A DNA stretch of 64,000 bases from Candidatus Latescibacterota bacterium (GCA_965198115.1 OZ240241.1:8128001-8192000), one strand, 5' to 3'. Positions 18,114 to 29,109 are shown, numbered from the stretch's first letter. A program made the numbers and translations. Notes: a model not told the origin generated them from the sequence alone.

Positions 18114-19868
18114 ATGAGTGTCGCACACGATAGTCACTCAGAGGCACACGGGCATCACGAGGAGTTGTCCTTCATCTGGAAGTACGTCTTCTCGGCCGAC
18201 CACAAGGTGATCGGCATCCAGTATGCGCTGACTGCGATGGTCTTCCTGCTATCCGGCTTTTCCATGATGATGATGATGCGCTGGCAGCTGGCGTATCCGG
18301 GAGAGCCGCTCCCGCTGATCGGCACGCTCTTCAGCGAGGCGAACATGCCCGGGGGGATCATGGTGCCCGAGTTCTACAACCAGCTCGGGGCCATGCACGG
18401 GACGATCATGGTTTTCATGGGGGTCGTTCCTCTGGCGATCGGCGGGTTCGGGAACTACGTGCTCCCCCTCCAGATCGGGGCACCCGACATGTCGTTTCCG
18501 AGGATCAACATGCTCAGCTACTGGGTCTTCCTGCCCGGCGGCCTGATCATGCTCGCCAGCTTTTTCGCCGAGGGTGGCGCCGCGCAGTCCGGGTGGACAT
18601 CCTACTCGCCTCTCGCCAACATTGCGCCACCGGGACAGACGTGGTGGCTCATCGGCATGATTTTCCTGATCACGTCCTCCTTGTTGGGTGCGCTCAATTT
18701 TATCGTGACGACGGTGCAACTTCGCGCCGAAGGGCTTTCGTTTTTCCGTCTGCCTTTTTTCGTGTGGGCCCAGTTCGTAACGGCCTTCCTGCTCCTGCTG
18801 GCCTTTCCACCTCTGGAGGCGGCAGGGATTCTGCAGTTGATGGACCGTGTAGGGGGAACGAGCTTCTTTCTGCCAGCTGGCCTGGTGATCACGGGGCAGC
18901 CTCTCGAGGTGGCCGGGGGTGGCAGCCCTCTGCTGTGGCAGCATCTGTTCTGGTTTCTCGCACATCCCGAAGTTTACGTGTTGATTCTGCCAGGCATGGG
19001 GATCGTGTCCGAGATCGTTGCCAACAACACACGGCGACCGCTCTGGGGGTATCGCACACTCGTCTATTCTATCGTATTCCTGGGCTTTACGTCGTTCATC
19101 GTGTGGGCTCACCACATGTTCATGACGGGGATGGGCACGGCAATGAGCACGTTCTTCCAGGCAACGACGATGATCATCTCGATTCCTTCGGTGATCATCC
19201 TGACGGCCCTGGCGCTTTCGTTCCACGGTGGGTCGATCCGGTTCAACACGCCCATGCTTTTCGCCCTGACGTTCATCCCGATGTTCGCGATCGGGGGGCT
19301 GACGGGTCTGCCCCTCGGGCTGACGACATCGGACCTTCACCTTCACGACACCTACTACGTGATCGGACACTTCCACTACGTCGTAGCCCCGGGCACTATT
19401 TTCGCCCTGCTCGCAGGCATTTATTTCTGGTTCCCGAAGGCAACGGGGCGCTATATGAGTGAGGGACTAGGCAAGATTCACTTCTGGCTCTCGCTCATTG
19501 GGATGAACGTGGTCTTTATGCCCATGCTGTTCATCGGGATGGCCGGCGTTTCCCGCAGACTCTACGACCAGACACAGTATGCTTACGGCGCCCAGGTCCA
19601 GGACCTGACGACTTTTGGATCCTACGGAGCGTGGCTTCTGGGCGTGGCTCAAATCTTCTTCATTGTCAACCTGATCGTGAGTATGAAGAGCGGTAAGAAG
19701 GTCGAGTCCGACAATCCGTGGAAGGCTACGACGCTCGAATGGGCTACGCCGACGCCTCCGCCCCACGGAAACTTTACGGAAGTGCCCAAGGTCTATCGGG
19801 ACCCTTATGAGTACAGCGTACCCGGCGCCAGTAGCGATTTCACGCCCCAAAACGTAGAGGAGGGCTGA
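18114..19868 (+). CDS. coxA: Cytochrome c oxidase subunit I (A1 type)
   Basis: DHKVIG, MHGTIM, HPEVY, VWAHHM and GHFHYV. Confidence 0.95.
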   Translation: MSVAHDSHSEAHGHHEELSFIWKYVFSADHKVIGIQYALTAMVFLLSGFSMMMMMRWQLAYPGEPLPLIGTLFSEANMPGGIMVPEFYNQLGAMHGTIMVFMGVVPLAIGGFGNYVLPLQIGAPDMSFPRINMLSYWVFLPGGLIMLASFFAEGGAAQSGWTSYSPLANIAPPGQTWWLIGMIFLITSSLLGALNFIVTTVQLRAEGLSFFRLPFFVWAQFVTAFLLLLAFPPLEAAGILQLMDRVGGTSFFLPAGLVITGQPLEVAGGGSPLLWQHLFWFLAHPEVYVLILPGMGIVSEIVANNTRRPLWGYRTLVYSIVFLGFTSFIVWAHHMFMTGMGTAMSTFFQATTMIISIPSVIILTALALSFHGGSIRFNTPMLFALTFIPMFAIGGLTGLPLGLTTSDLHLHDTYYVIGHFHYVVAPGTIFALLAGIYFWFPKATGRYMSEGLGKIHFWLSLIGMNVVFMPMLFIGMAGVSRRLYDQTQYAYGAQVQDLTTFGSYGAWLLGVAQIFFIVNLIVSMKSGKKVESDNPWKATTLEWATPTPPPHGNFTEVPKVYRDPYEYSVPGASSDFTPQNVEEG

Positions 19869-19871
19869 GCG

Positions 19872-20462
19872 ATGGAGATTCCGCACGACGTCAAGCCCCA
19901 TCCGGTAACCGGGGTTTACAACGCCAAGCTCGGCATCTGGCTCTTTTTGGCTTCGGAGGTGATGTTGTTCGGCGCGCTGTTCTCTTCTTACGTTCTCCTG
20001 CGTGTGGGCGCTGATTCGTGGCCGCACGGTTATGACTTGCTGAACGTGCCGCTGGCGACGCTGAACACGGCTGTCCTGATCGCCTCGTCGGTGACCGTGG
20101 TGATGGCGTGGGCGTCTTTGAAGCTGAACGAGCTGGGCAAGGCGAAGATGTATCTGTGGTTGACGGTGGCACTCGCGGCCGTCTTCCTGATCGTCAAGTT
20201 CTTCGAATACGGCGCGAAGTTCGAGCACCACATTACGCCGGCGACGGACAATTTCTACGCGACCTACTTCACGATCACCGGGCTTCACGGGCTCCACGTG
20301 CTTGGTGGGGTTATCGCCTTCCTGATCCTCATTTTCAGGGGTGATGGGATGTGGAAAGACGACTCGGAACACTACACGAATCGCGTCGAATGCTGCGGTC
20401 TCTACTGGCATTTCGTCGATCTGGTCTGGATCTTCCTTTTCCCGACGCTCTACTTGCTGTGA
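19872..20462 (+). CDS. coxC: Cytochrome c oxidase subunit III
   Basis: FLASEVMLF, TGLHGLHV, YWHFVDLVW. Confidence 0.93.
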   Translation: MEIPHDVKPHPVTGVYNAKLGIWLFLASEVMLFGALFSSYVLLRVGADSWPHGYDLLNVPLATLNTAVLIASSVTVVMAWASLKLNELGKAKMYLWLTVALAAVFLIVKFFEYGAKFEHHITPATDNFYATYFTITGLHGLHVLGGVIAFLILIFRGDGMWKDDSEHYTNRVECCGLYWHFVDLVWIFLFPTLYLL

Positions 20463-20470
20463 GGTCATAG

Positions 20471-20773
20471 ATGGCTGAAAGCGCTGAAGAAATCAGACAC
20501 CACGTCTCGGTCTACCTTAAGGTGTTTCTTGCCCTGTTCGTTTTGACGGGCGTGACGGTCGCTGCCTCGTACATGCACCTGGACTCGATCGCGATGACGG
20601 TGACGATCGCCCTGTTCATCGCGTCGATCAAGGGGGCTCTGGTCGCGTGCTACTTCATGCACCTGATCGATGAGCGGTCGATCATCTACTGGATCCTGCT
20701 GCTCACGCTCGCTTTCTTCATCTTCCTCATGTTCGTGCCGTTGCTGACGAACGTGAACTCCGTCGGGGTCTGA
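20471..20773 (+). CDS. coxD: Cytochrome c oxidase subunit IV family protein
   Basis: Three TM helices; KGALVACYFMHL. Confidence 0.85.
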   Translation: MAESAEEIRHHVSVYLKVFLALFVLTGVTVAASYMHLDSIAMTVTIALFIASIKGALVACYFMHLIDERSIIYWILLLTLAFFIFLMFVPLLTNVNSVGV

Positions 20774-20775
20774 CG

Positions 20776-20982
20776 GTGGGGCTCAAAGCCTTTCACATTG
20801 CCTTCGTCTCCGTCGCCAGTCTGTTTTCGCTCGGGTTCGGTCTCTGGACGATGCAGATGTTCCTGGACTGGGGCGACGGAATGATGCTGGCCCTCTGTCT
20901 GTTTTCGTTCGGATGCTTTGCCGCCTTGATTGCTTACGGAATCTGGTTCTATCGCAAGGTCAAGGGCTGGAGCTACCTCTGA
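20776..20982 (+). CDS. Small two-TM membrane protein in the oxidase operon
   Basis: MGLKAFHIAFV..., tightly packed in the operon. Confidence 0.65.
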   Translation: MGLKAFHIAFVSVASLFSLGFGLWTMQMFLDWGDGMMLALCLFSFGCFAALIAYGIWFYRKVKGWSYL

Positions 20983-21254
20983 TGAACCGCTGGCTGGTAC
21001 GGGTTTCAGCGTTCTGCGTCTGTCTGGTCTCGGCGACCGAGGTCTACGCCTGCGCGGTCTGTTACGGCGATCCGGACTCGGCCATGGTCAAAGGGGCCGA
21101 GGCCGGCATTCTCGTTCTGTTGGGCGTGATCGGTACGCTACTGCTGTCGATCATAGGGATGATCGTGTTCTGGGCCCGCCGGGCGAAACGGTTGTCCGAG
21201 ACCGAGAATGCCCTGCCCTTCCCCGCGACGGGACGTCCCCTCACGTCGCCGTAA
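20982..21254 (+). CDS. Small membrane protein with an ACAVC (CxxC) motif
   Basis: TGATG overlap; signal-like N-terminus, CAVCYG, one TM helix. Confidence 0.65.
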   Translation: MNRWLVRVSAFCVCLVSATEVYACAVCYGDPDSAMVKGAEAGILVLLGVIGTLLLSIIGMIVFWARRAKRLSETENALPFPATGRPLTSP

Positions 21255-22250
21255 ATGTTCCGTCCCGGGTTGCACCGATTCGCGTGGTTCACGGCGGTTA
21301 GCACCTTTGTCCTGATCGTCGCGGGGGGCCTCGTCACGAGCACGGGTTCCGGTCTGGCCGTTCCCGATTGGCCGCTTTCGTATGGAAGTCTGATGCCGCC
21401 CATGGTGGGCGGCATTTTCTATGAGCACGGCCACCGGATGATCGCGAGTTTCGTCGGATTCCTGACGATCGCTCTTACGGTCTGGACGTGGCGTGTCGAA
21501 GTTCCTACCTGGGTGCGCCGGCTGTCGCTCGCTGCGCTCGTCGCCGTCGTCCTACAGGGCCTGCTCGGCGGTCTGACCGTGATCTACCTGCTTCCGACAC
21601 CGGTCTCGGTGTTGCACGCCTGCCTGGCACAGACGTTCTTCTGTATGACGATCGTGCTCGCCCTGGCACTCGGCCGCGAAGGCCGTCGTCCCACGCTGGA
21701 GGAGTCGACGGCGCTCGAACAGGCCCGGACGCCGGCACTCGTGCTGTTCGGCGTGGTCTACGTCCAGCTGATCATTGGGGCGCTCGTACGACACACCGAA
21801 TCGGGACTTGCGATTCCTGACTTCCCACTCGTCTTTGGACACGTCTTTCCGCCGTTTTCGGAGCTGACGACGGACCCGAACGCGCCTTTCCCGGTCGCGC
21901 TCGAGGTGGTCAAACAGCGGGTGCTGACCCACTACCTCCATCGCGTGTGGGCCGTCGTGGTTGCCGGCGTCGTCTTCTGGTTCGCCGTGCGGTTGATTCG
22001 CACGGCCTCACAGATTGGCGAGCTCGTGCAACTCGGGATTTCGTCGGTCGTACTGGTCATCGTGCAGATACTTTTAGGCGCCTCGATCGTATGGAGCCAG
22101 AAGGGGGTCGCCGTCACGACGGCCCACGTGGCCGTCGGTGCTACGATTCTGGCGACGTCCGTAGCGATCGTGGCCAAGAGCCGAAGCTGGACTCCGCTCT
22201 ACACATCGATGGGTGTGACGATGGTTGGAGAACCTGCTCGTGAAGCCTGA
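21255..22250 (+). CDS. ctaA: Heme A synthase (CtaA/Cox15)
   Basis: GSGLAVPDWP, EHGHR, LHR and AHV histidines. Confidence 0.88.
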   Translation: MFRPGLHRFAWFTAVSTFVLIVAGGLVTSTGSGLAVPDWPLSYGSLMPPMVGGIFYEHGHRMIASFVGFLTIALTVWTWRVEVPTWVRRLSLAALVAVVLQGLLGGLTVIYLLPTPVSVLHACLAQTFFCMTIVLALALGREGRRPTLEESTALEQARTPALVLFGVVYVQLIIGALVRHTESGLAIPDFPLVFGHVFPPFSELTTDPNAPFPVALEVVKQRVLTHYLHRVWAVVVAGVVFWFAVRLIRTASQIGELVQLGISSVVLVIVQILLGASIVWSQKGVAVTTAHVAVGATILATSVAIVAKSRSWTPLYTSMGVTMVGEPAREA

Positions 22251-23136
22251 TGCCGATGTTGGCGTGTTGCGTGCGTCGGGATCTTTGCTGAAGGACATTG
22301 CCGACCTGACGAAAGCGCGGATCGGCGTGTTCGTCGTGATCAGCACGCTCGTCGGTTTCGTCGCCGGTGCCGAAGGTGCTATCGATGTCCTCAGGCTCAT
22401 CCATACGCTCCTGGCGACGTTTCTAGTGGCGGCCGGGGCTTCGGCCCTGAACCAATATCTCGAATGCGACTTCGACGCACGTATGCAGAGGACGGCCGAT
22501 CGCCCACTGCCCGCCGGACGACTGCATCCTGATCAAGTCTATCTCTGCGGGCTCCTGATGCTGGGAGGTGGCATCGTCTATCTCGTGGGGTGGGTGAACT
22601 GGTTGACGGCCGGCATGGCCGCGCTGACAGGTGTTGTGTATCTGTTGCTCTACACACCGCTCAAACGGCACACGACACACAATACACTCGTTGGAGCCGT
22701 TGCGGGTGCGCTGCCCCCCGTCGGCGGATGGACCGCAGCTCGCGGCGATGTGGGGGTCGAGGCCCTCGTTCTGTTCGCCATCGTGTTCGTCTGGCAGTTT
22801 CCGCACTTCTACGCGATTGCGTGGATGTATCGCGACGATTACGCTGAGGGCGGCTACCGGATGTTATCCGTCGAAGATGAGAGTGGAGATCGCACAGCGT
22901 TCCAGATCGTCGTCTACAGCTTTCTTCTGTTGCCGCTCGGACTTCTCCCCACGTTGATGGGTATGGCGGGACCCGGCTACTTTTACGCTGCCTTCGCGCT
23001 GGGGGGCGTGTTGATCGGAGCCAGTCTTTCCTTCTTCAAAACGCGGTCCCACTCGCACGCCCGTCGTCTGATGCATACGACGCTGGTCTACTTGCCCGTA
23101 CTATGGGTGGTGATGATCGTCGATCGGCTGCCGTGA
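22240..23136 (+). CDS. ctaB: Protoheme IX farnesyltransferase (heme O synthase)
   Basis: NQYLECDFDARMQRTADRPLPAG, YTPLKR, WQFPHF. Confidence 0.92.
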   Translation: MKPDADVGVLRASGSLLKDIADLTKARIGVFVVISTLVGFVAGAEGAIDVLRLIHTLLATFLVAAGASALNQYLECDFDARMQRTADRPLPAGRLHPDQVYLCGLLMLGGGIVYLVGWVNWLTAGMAALTGVVYLLLYTPLKRHTTHNTLVGAVAGALPPVGGWTAARGDVGVEALVLFAIVFVWQFPHFYAIAWMYRDDYAEGGYRMLSVEDESGDRTAFQIVVYSFLLLPLGLLPTLMGMAGPGYFYAAFALGGVLIGASLSFFKTRSHSHARRLMHTTLVYLPVLWVVMIVDRLP

Positions 23137-23212
23137 GCCGCTTTTTCCGTGCGACCTTCCGAGGTGATGGGCGGTTCGCCCGTCACCTTTTCTTTTTTTG
23201 AACGAGACAACG

Positions 23213-24151
23213 ATGTCCGATGCCATTCTGACTGAGCATCTCAGCTACGCCTACGGGGACAGGCAGGCGCTGAACGACGTTCGCTTTTCGGTACGCGAGG
23301 GTGAGATCTATGGATTGCTCGGCCCGAACGGTGGTGGAAAGACGACGCTGTTCCGGATTCTGTCCACCCACCTGCGTCCCCAGTCCGGTCGGGTGCACGT
23401 TTTGGGCCACGACGTGATCCGGGAGGCTCACGCGGTACGTCGGCGGTGTGGAGTGGTGTTCCAGCATCCCGGTTTGGATCCGAAGCTTCGAGTCGTGGAG
23501 AACTTGAGACACCACGGCTGGCTTTACGGGCTGTCGGGAAGACGGTTGGAGGCACGCATCGACGCGCTTCTCTCAGCCTTCGGGCTCGGAGATCGCGGGC
23601 GGGACCTCGTCGAGTCCCTTTCGGGGGGGCTTCAGCGGCGTGTCGAGCTCGCCAAGTCGTTGATCCACGAACCCGACCTGCTCGTGTTCGACGAGCCCTC
23701 GACCGGTCTGGATCCGGGGGCTCGACTGACCTTTTGGGAAGATCTCGAACGTCTCCGGTCGGAATCCGGTGTGACCGTCGTGCTCACGACGCACTTTCTG
23801 GAAGAGGCGGACCGGTGTGATCGCATCGGGCTGATGTCCGAGGGGAACCTTGTGACGGAGGGGGCACCGGACGACCTGAGAACGCGTGTCGGTGAGGACG
23901 TCCTGTCGATCCGGGCGAGACGTGATCCGGCATCATTCTGTAAGGAGATCGAGGAGAGGCTAGGTCTGCGAGGCACCGTCGCAGGGGGCGTCGTGCGGGT
24001 CTCGGGTTCGGGATGCGTGGAACACGTCCCAGACATTTACCGCCGGTATTCGGATCAGATCAAATCTCTGACCGTGGGTAGGCCCACACTGGAGGATGTG
24101 TTCATTTCAGAGACGGGTCGCGTGTTTCGGGTGGAGGACGACGATGGCTGA
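23213..24151 (+). CDS. ABC transporter ATP-binding protein (DrrA-like)
   Basis: GPNGGGKTT, LSGG, DEPSTGLD. Confidence 0.9.
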   Translation: MSDAILTEHLSYAYGDRQALNDVRFSVREGEIYGLLGPNGGGKTTLFRILSTHLRPQSGRVHVLGHDVIREAHAVRRRCGVVFQHPGLDPKLRVVENLRHHGWLYGLSGRRLEARIDALLSAFGLGDRGRDLVESLSGGLQRRVELAKSLIHEPDLLVFDEPSTGLDPGARLTFWEDLERLRSESGVTVVLTTHFLEEADRCDRIGLMSEGNLVTEGAPDDLRTRVGEDVLSIRARRDPASFCKEIEERLGLRGTVAGGVVRVSGSGCVEHVPDIYRRYSDQIKSLTVGRPTLEDVFISETGRVFRVEDDDG

Positions 24152-24923
24152 TGCGGCACGTTTCTTTCTGCCATCCTACTCGCTCTGGCGACGGGAGCTT
24201 ATCCGTTTCGTTCGGGATCGGAGCCGACTCTACGGGTCGATCCTTCAGCCTGCGCTTTTGTGGATTCTGATGGGCTCGGGTCTGAGGGGGTCCTTCACGC
24301 CCGCCGATGGCGGGGATTACCTGGCCTTCATCTACCCCGGGGCGCTGATGTTGATTCTGTTGTTCACCGCGATCTTTTCGACGATCTCGGTCGTGGAAGA
24401 TCGGCGAGAGGGATTCCTGCAGGGCGTGTTGGTGTCGCCCATCAAACCTAGCAGCGTTGCCCTGGGCAAGATCGGGGGTGGCGCGACGTTGGCAGTCGGT
24501 GAGGGTTTGATCTTCCTGGTTATCGCGCCCTTCGTGGGTGTGGGTATGACCGGATGGATTCTAGTTCAGACACTGGGTGTGCTGATCGTCGTCGCAGTGG
24601 CCCTGACCGGACTCGGATTCCGAATCGCGTGGGGGATGACGTCGACCGCGGGGTTTCACGCGGTGATGAATTTGCTGCTGATGCCGATGTGGTTGCTGTC
24701 GGGCGCCTTCTTTCCGTTGACCGGGGTTCCCGTGTGGCTGGAATGGGTGATGCGTCTCAACCCGATGACGTATGCGATGGCGACGTTGCGTGCGGCCGTG
24801 GGGATGGGGCTTCCGCTGTCGGACGGGCTTCCCGAGCTGAGCGTGTGCGCGGCCCTGACCGTCGGGTTCGCCCTGACGACCGTGATCTGGTCGGCGCTGG
24901 AAGTGAGGAGACTCCGACCCTGA
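24144..24923 (+). CDS. ABC-2 type permease
   Basis: Six TM helices; LSGAFFP...NPMTY. Confidence 0.88.
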   Translation: MADAARFFLPSYSLWRRELIRFVRDRSRLYGSILQPALLWILMGSGLRGSFTPADGGDYLAFIYPGALMLILLFTAIFSTISVVEDRREGFLQGVLVSPIKPSSVALGKIGGGATLAVGEGLIFLVIAPFVGVGMTGWILVQTLGVLIVVAVALTGLGFRIAWGMTSTAGFHAVMNLLLMPMWLLSGAFFPLTGVPVWLEWVMRLNPMTYAMATLRAAVGMGLPLSDGLPELSVCAALTVGFALTTVIWSALEVRRLRP

Positions 24924-25543
24924 GCTCTCGCGACCCCAGACGTACGCTCTACGCTCTCTTCGGTCTGGCTCTGGTGCTGTTCATAGTGGTGACCGGCGTG
25001 CTCTTTCATTACGAAGTGACGCGTATTCGATCGGAGAAGGCGGAGCGCGCGGACTCGAGTCGAGAGATTCCCGACTTCCGTCTCGTCGACCAGCACGGCC
25101 AGATCTTTCGACGACGCGACCTGGCCGGTCGTGTCTGGATCTTCGGACTCGTCTCGGCCAGTGCGGACGACAGGGACGGCGCGGTAGTCGGAGGTCTGAG
25201 CGATGTTATCGAGCGTGTCGCTGACATCGCCGATGTGGGTGCGGTCCTGATCAGCGTCACTCCCGAGAAGGACGAGGGGGTCCTCGGGCCATTCGTTTCG
25301 ACACTGCCGGTTCCGGAAAAGTGGGTGGCGCTGACGGGCGAGCGTGCCCGTGTCGCGGACCTGGTCCGTGTCGGGTTGGGAGGACGTGTGAGCAGAGAGG
25401 GCAGTGCGGTGCGGATCGAGCGGAGTAGCCAGGTTGCTGTGGTCGATCGGAGGGGGCGTCTGCGGGCCTCGCTCGACGCGAACGACGGGAACTTTAATGA
25501 GCAGGCGCTGACGGCTGTCAAGCACGCTCTGGCGGAGCGATGA
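24920..25543 (+). CDS. SCO/SenC-like protein lacking the copper ligands (start uncertain)
   Basis: TM helix, then PDFRLVDQHG, LAGRVWI, ISVTPEKD, LTG and VVDRRGRLR; no CxxxC. Confidence 0.7.
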   Translation: MSSRDPRRTLYALFGLALVLFIVVTGVLFHYEVTRIRSEKAERADSSREIPDFRLVDQHGQIFRRRDLAGRVWIFGLVSASADDRDGAVVGGLSDVIERVADIADVGAVLISVTPEKDEGVLGPFVSTLPVPEKWVALTGERARVADLVRVGLGGRVSREGSAVRIERSSQVAVVDRRGRLRASLDANDGNFNEQALTAVKHALAER

Positions 25544-26925
25544 TCAGCTCTGGAGACCGTATTTGTCGAGCCGGTATCGCAGCGTGCCTCGGGTCAGTCC
25601 GAGCAGTTTGGCCGCTCGAACCTGGTTGCCGCCCGTCTGACTGAGTGCCTGCTGAATGAGATCCTTGTTGAGGTCGTCGAGGACGACACCTTCGGGCGGG
25701 AGCTGAAATGGCGACGCGTTGTCGTTGCCACTTCCTTCGGACGGTGCGGACGCCGTCTGCCTGAGGAAGCTGAGGTGTTCGAGCCGTAGCGTGTCGTCCT
25801 CCTCCAGCAGCGCGATGCGTTCGACGGCGTTCCTGAGTTCTCTGACGTTGCCCTTCCACGGGTAGTCGAGCATACGCCGCTCTGCTTCGGGCTCGATCTT
25901 GTTCATCGGGTTGAGTGACCCTGCCGAGAATTCCCTCAGAAACCGATGTATGAGGGGGACGATGTCGTCGGGCCGATCTCTGAGCGGCGGGATGTAGATC
26001 GGTGCGACGTTGAGTCGATAGAACAGGTCTTCGCGGAACTCGCCCTGCTCGGTTACCTCGCGGAGGTTTCGGTTCGTGGCTGCCACGATGGCAGGTCGAC
26101 AGAGACGCTCTTGTTGCCCCCCAGACGATAGAACGATCGCTCTTCGAGCACGCGAAGCAGTTTGATCTGGTTCTCGGGGTCGAGTTCTCCGACTTCGTCG
26201 AGGAAGAGTGTCCCGCGATCGGCCGCTTCGAACTTGCCGATCCTGGATTGCGCCGCTCCGGTGAAGGCCCCCTTTTCGTTTCCGAAGAGCTCTGACTCGA
26301 CGAGGTCCTTGGGTATCGCCCCACAGTTGATGGCGATGAAGGGGCCCTCGGCTTTGGGGCCTTTGTAATGGATCATTTGGGCAATGTGTTCCTTGCCCGT
26401 GCCGCTTTCGCCCTCGATCAGGACGGTCGTGGTATCGCTTTCTGCGATCTTTTGGGACACGCGGATGACGCGTTTGAAGGCGGCGCTTTCCGCGACGATG
26501 TTGTCGATGTCGATCCGTTCGCGCTGAGCGGTGCGCAACACGCTCACCTCGCGCTTGAGACGAACGGTTTCGACGGTCTCTGCGATCAAGAGCTGCAGCT
26601 CTTCGGTGTTGAACGGTTTGGTGATGTAATTCCGGGCCCCGGCTTTCATGGCGGCGACAGCTGTTTCGATGCTTCCTTGCGCAGTGATCATGATGGCATC
26701 GGCCTGAGGCGCATCCTTCTTGATCCTGCGAAGCACTTCTATGCCGTCGATGCCGGGGAGACCGATGTCGAGGAGAATCAGGTCGGGATCCTCCTTTTGT
26801 GCGATCTCGACGGCTTCTTCACCGTTTATCGCGAGCAGAACATCGTACGACTCGGCGGTCAGGACCTTTTCGAGCATGGTCCGGATCGACTGATCGTCGT
26901 CGACGCAGAGGATTTTGGGGGTCAT
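25544..26925 (-). CDS. NtrC/AtoC-family sigma54 response regulator; 1-nt deletion frameshift near 26091
   Basis: Receiver domain, GESGTGKE, GAFTGA and FLDEV in one frame; AATNRNL, FREDLFYRL and a Fis HTH in the other. Confidence 0.88.
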
Positions 26926-27033
26926 GAACGGTGCTGTGAGGTCTTCGGGGTGGTCAACGAATGAGGAGGAAGGATCCGGAACGCATCCGGCGTTTCGAAC
27001 GTTAGCGAAGGAGAATTAAGGTTTGGGCTTCTA

Positions 27034-28200
27034 GTGTCACGTCCCAGGAATAACTAGAAAAATATTCGATTCTGTCGTATGGTTCCTCAAGCACTCATTC
27101 TTGGGAGGAACCGATGGCTAGAGGTCGTCCGTTACAGCCACTGAACATCAGTGATGAGGTCCACGATCAACTCGAGTCATTGTCTCGTTCGCGTAGCATG
27201 TCTCACGCTTTGGTGCGTCGCGCGAAGATCGTCTTGATGAGCGATTGCGGTCTGACCAATCAGGAGATCGCGGAACGAGTCGGGTTGTCCGGAGCGTCTG
27301 TCGGCAAGTGGCGTCGTCGCTTCTGCGAGCAAGGCTTGATGGGACTGTATGACGAATTGCGTCCTGGAGGGCCACGGTCGGTCAGCGACGAAGAGATCTC
27401 CTCCCTCATCTACAAGACGCTCAAGAAGCAACCGAAGGGTGCCACCCACTGGGACCTGTCGTTCGATGGCCGACGAGACGGGGCTCTCCAAGTCCTCGGT
27501 TCAACGTGTATGGAAAGCTTTTGGACTGCAACCGCATCGACAGAAGCACTTCAAACTGTCGAACGATCCCTTCTTCGTCGAGAAAGTCAGGGATATCGTC
27601 GGTCTATACCTGAACCCACCGGACAACGCGATGGTGCTCTGTGTAGACGAGAAGAGCCAGATTCAAGCACTCGAACGGACACAACCGATTCTTCCTTTGG
27701 GTCTCGGATACGTCGAGGGCGTCACTCACAGCTATATCCGGAACGGCACGACCACCCTCTTTGCAGCGCTCAACATCGCATCCGGCAAAGTTCTGACTCA
27801 GTGCAAGCCCAGACACCGCAACAAAGAGTTCCTTCAGTTCCTCAAGCACATCGACAAGAACGTCCCAAAGGATCTCGACATCCATCTGGTCGTCGATAAT
27901 TACGGCACGCACAAGCACCCGAACGTCAAGCGTTGGCTCGCCTCACGGAAACGATATCACGTGCACTACACACCAACATATGCCTCCTGGCTGAACCAGG
28001 TAGAGATCTGGTTCGGTATCATCACCCAAAGAGCCATTCGACGAGGCACCTTCAGAAGCGTCAAGGACCTGATCGCCTGCATCAAGAAATTCACTGATCA
28101 CTACAACGAGAATTCTACACCCTTCGTCTGGACCGCCACGGCAGATTCAATCCTCGAGAAAGTCCATAAACTTTTGAAGCTTATACGCGGGACGTGACAC
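27034..28200 (+). mobile_element. IS630-family insertion sequence; transposase 27114-28197 with a +1 frameshift near 27452
   Basis: 12-bp perfect TIR GTGTCACGTCCC; TA duplication in CTAG context; VDEKSQIQAL, DNYGTH, SWLNQVE. Confidence 0.92.
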
Positions 28201-28299
28201 TAGAGTGTCAAGCCCTTTCTCCCCGTGGGTGCGTTGACATATTCTTCGCAAAGCACTATATTACACGGGTTTACGACGCTCCTAAATCCCATATCCGCC

Positions 28300-29109
28300 A
28301 TGAATGATCGACTCCAAAGTGTCCTCGTGAAGCCTATGCGGCTGCCGGTCCTGCTCGTCCTGATCGGCTGTAGTCTCCTCGACCGGCAGGGGGCCCCGGA
28401 AATCATGGATGTCGTCAAGAATCCTCGAGTCGAGGAGACGATCGCGACGATTGATACGCTCCGGAATCGGGTCCTCGATCAGAACCTCCAGATGGATCGC
28501 CTGGGTCGGGGACAGGCTGTCGACCTCACCTTGTTCACGCACGATCCGGACAACGACGAGCTGGACTACCGGTGGACGGTTCGAAGGATTGACGCGGACC
28601 CGGCGGACACGACCGTTTCGAGTGGGCTTTTCGAAACCAGCGACAACGATACGCTCGTGAACCTGTTCCAGGACTCTGTGACGGTGACCTGGGTCGCCCC
28701 GGCCGATCTCGGAGAGTTTGAGCTGAAGGTCGAGGTCAGTGATGGCATCTCCGGGGAGGTCGTCACGAGCACCGTGCGACTCCGGGTCACGCAGGGTCCC
28801 CCAGTCGCATCGGCGGGTGCCGATGTCCTGGTCGCCTACGGCGACGAACTGAAGGTCGAGCTTGACGGCGTGGGGAGCGTCGATCCCGATGGCGATCCCT
28901 TGAGCTACGTGTGGGTGCAGATCGCCGGCCCGTTGCTTTCGCTCGAGGCTAGGGTGACTGCCACGCCGTCGATGGTTCGCCCGCCTCCGGCCGACTATGT
29001 CTTCGTTCTCGTCGTTCGGGACGATGGGCTCCGCCCGGAGATGGCTCTGGAGAGTATGCCCGATACGGTTCGGGTACGGATTTCGGACCGATTGGGACGC
29101 AGCGGATGA
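28300..29109 (+). CDS. Putative lipoprotein with Ig-like/PKD domains
   Basis: LIGC lipobox, DPDNDELDYRW, LDGVGSVDPDGDPLSYVW; promoter TTGACA-N17-TATATT at 28234-28262. Confidence 0.7.
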   Translation: MNDRLQSVLVKPMRLPVLLVLIGCSLLDRQGAPEIMDVVKNPRVEETIATIDTLRNRVLDQNLQMDRLGRGQAVDLTLFTHDPDNDELDYRWTVRRIDADPADTTVSSGLFETSDNDTLVNLFQDSVTVTWVAPADLGEFELKVEVSDGISGEVVTSTVRLRVTQGPPVASAGADVLVAYGDELKVELDGVGSVDPDGDPLSYVWVQIAGPLLSLEARVTATPSMVRPPPADYVFVLVVRDDGLRPEMALESMPDTVRVRISDRLGRSG

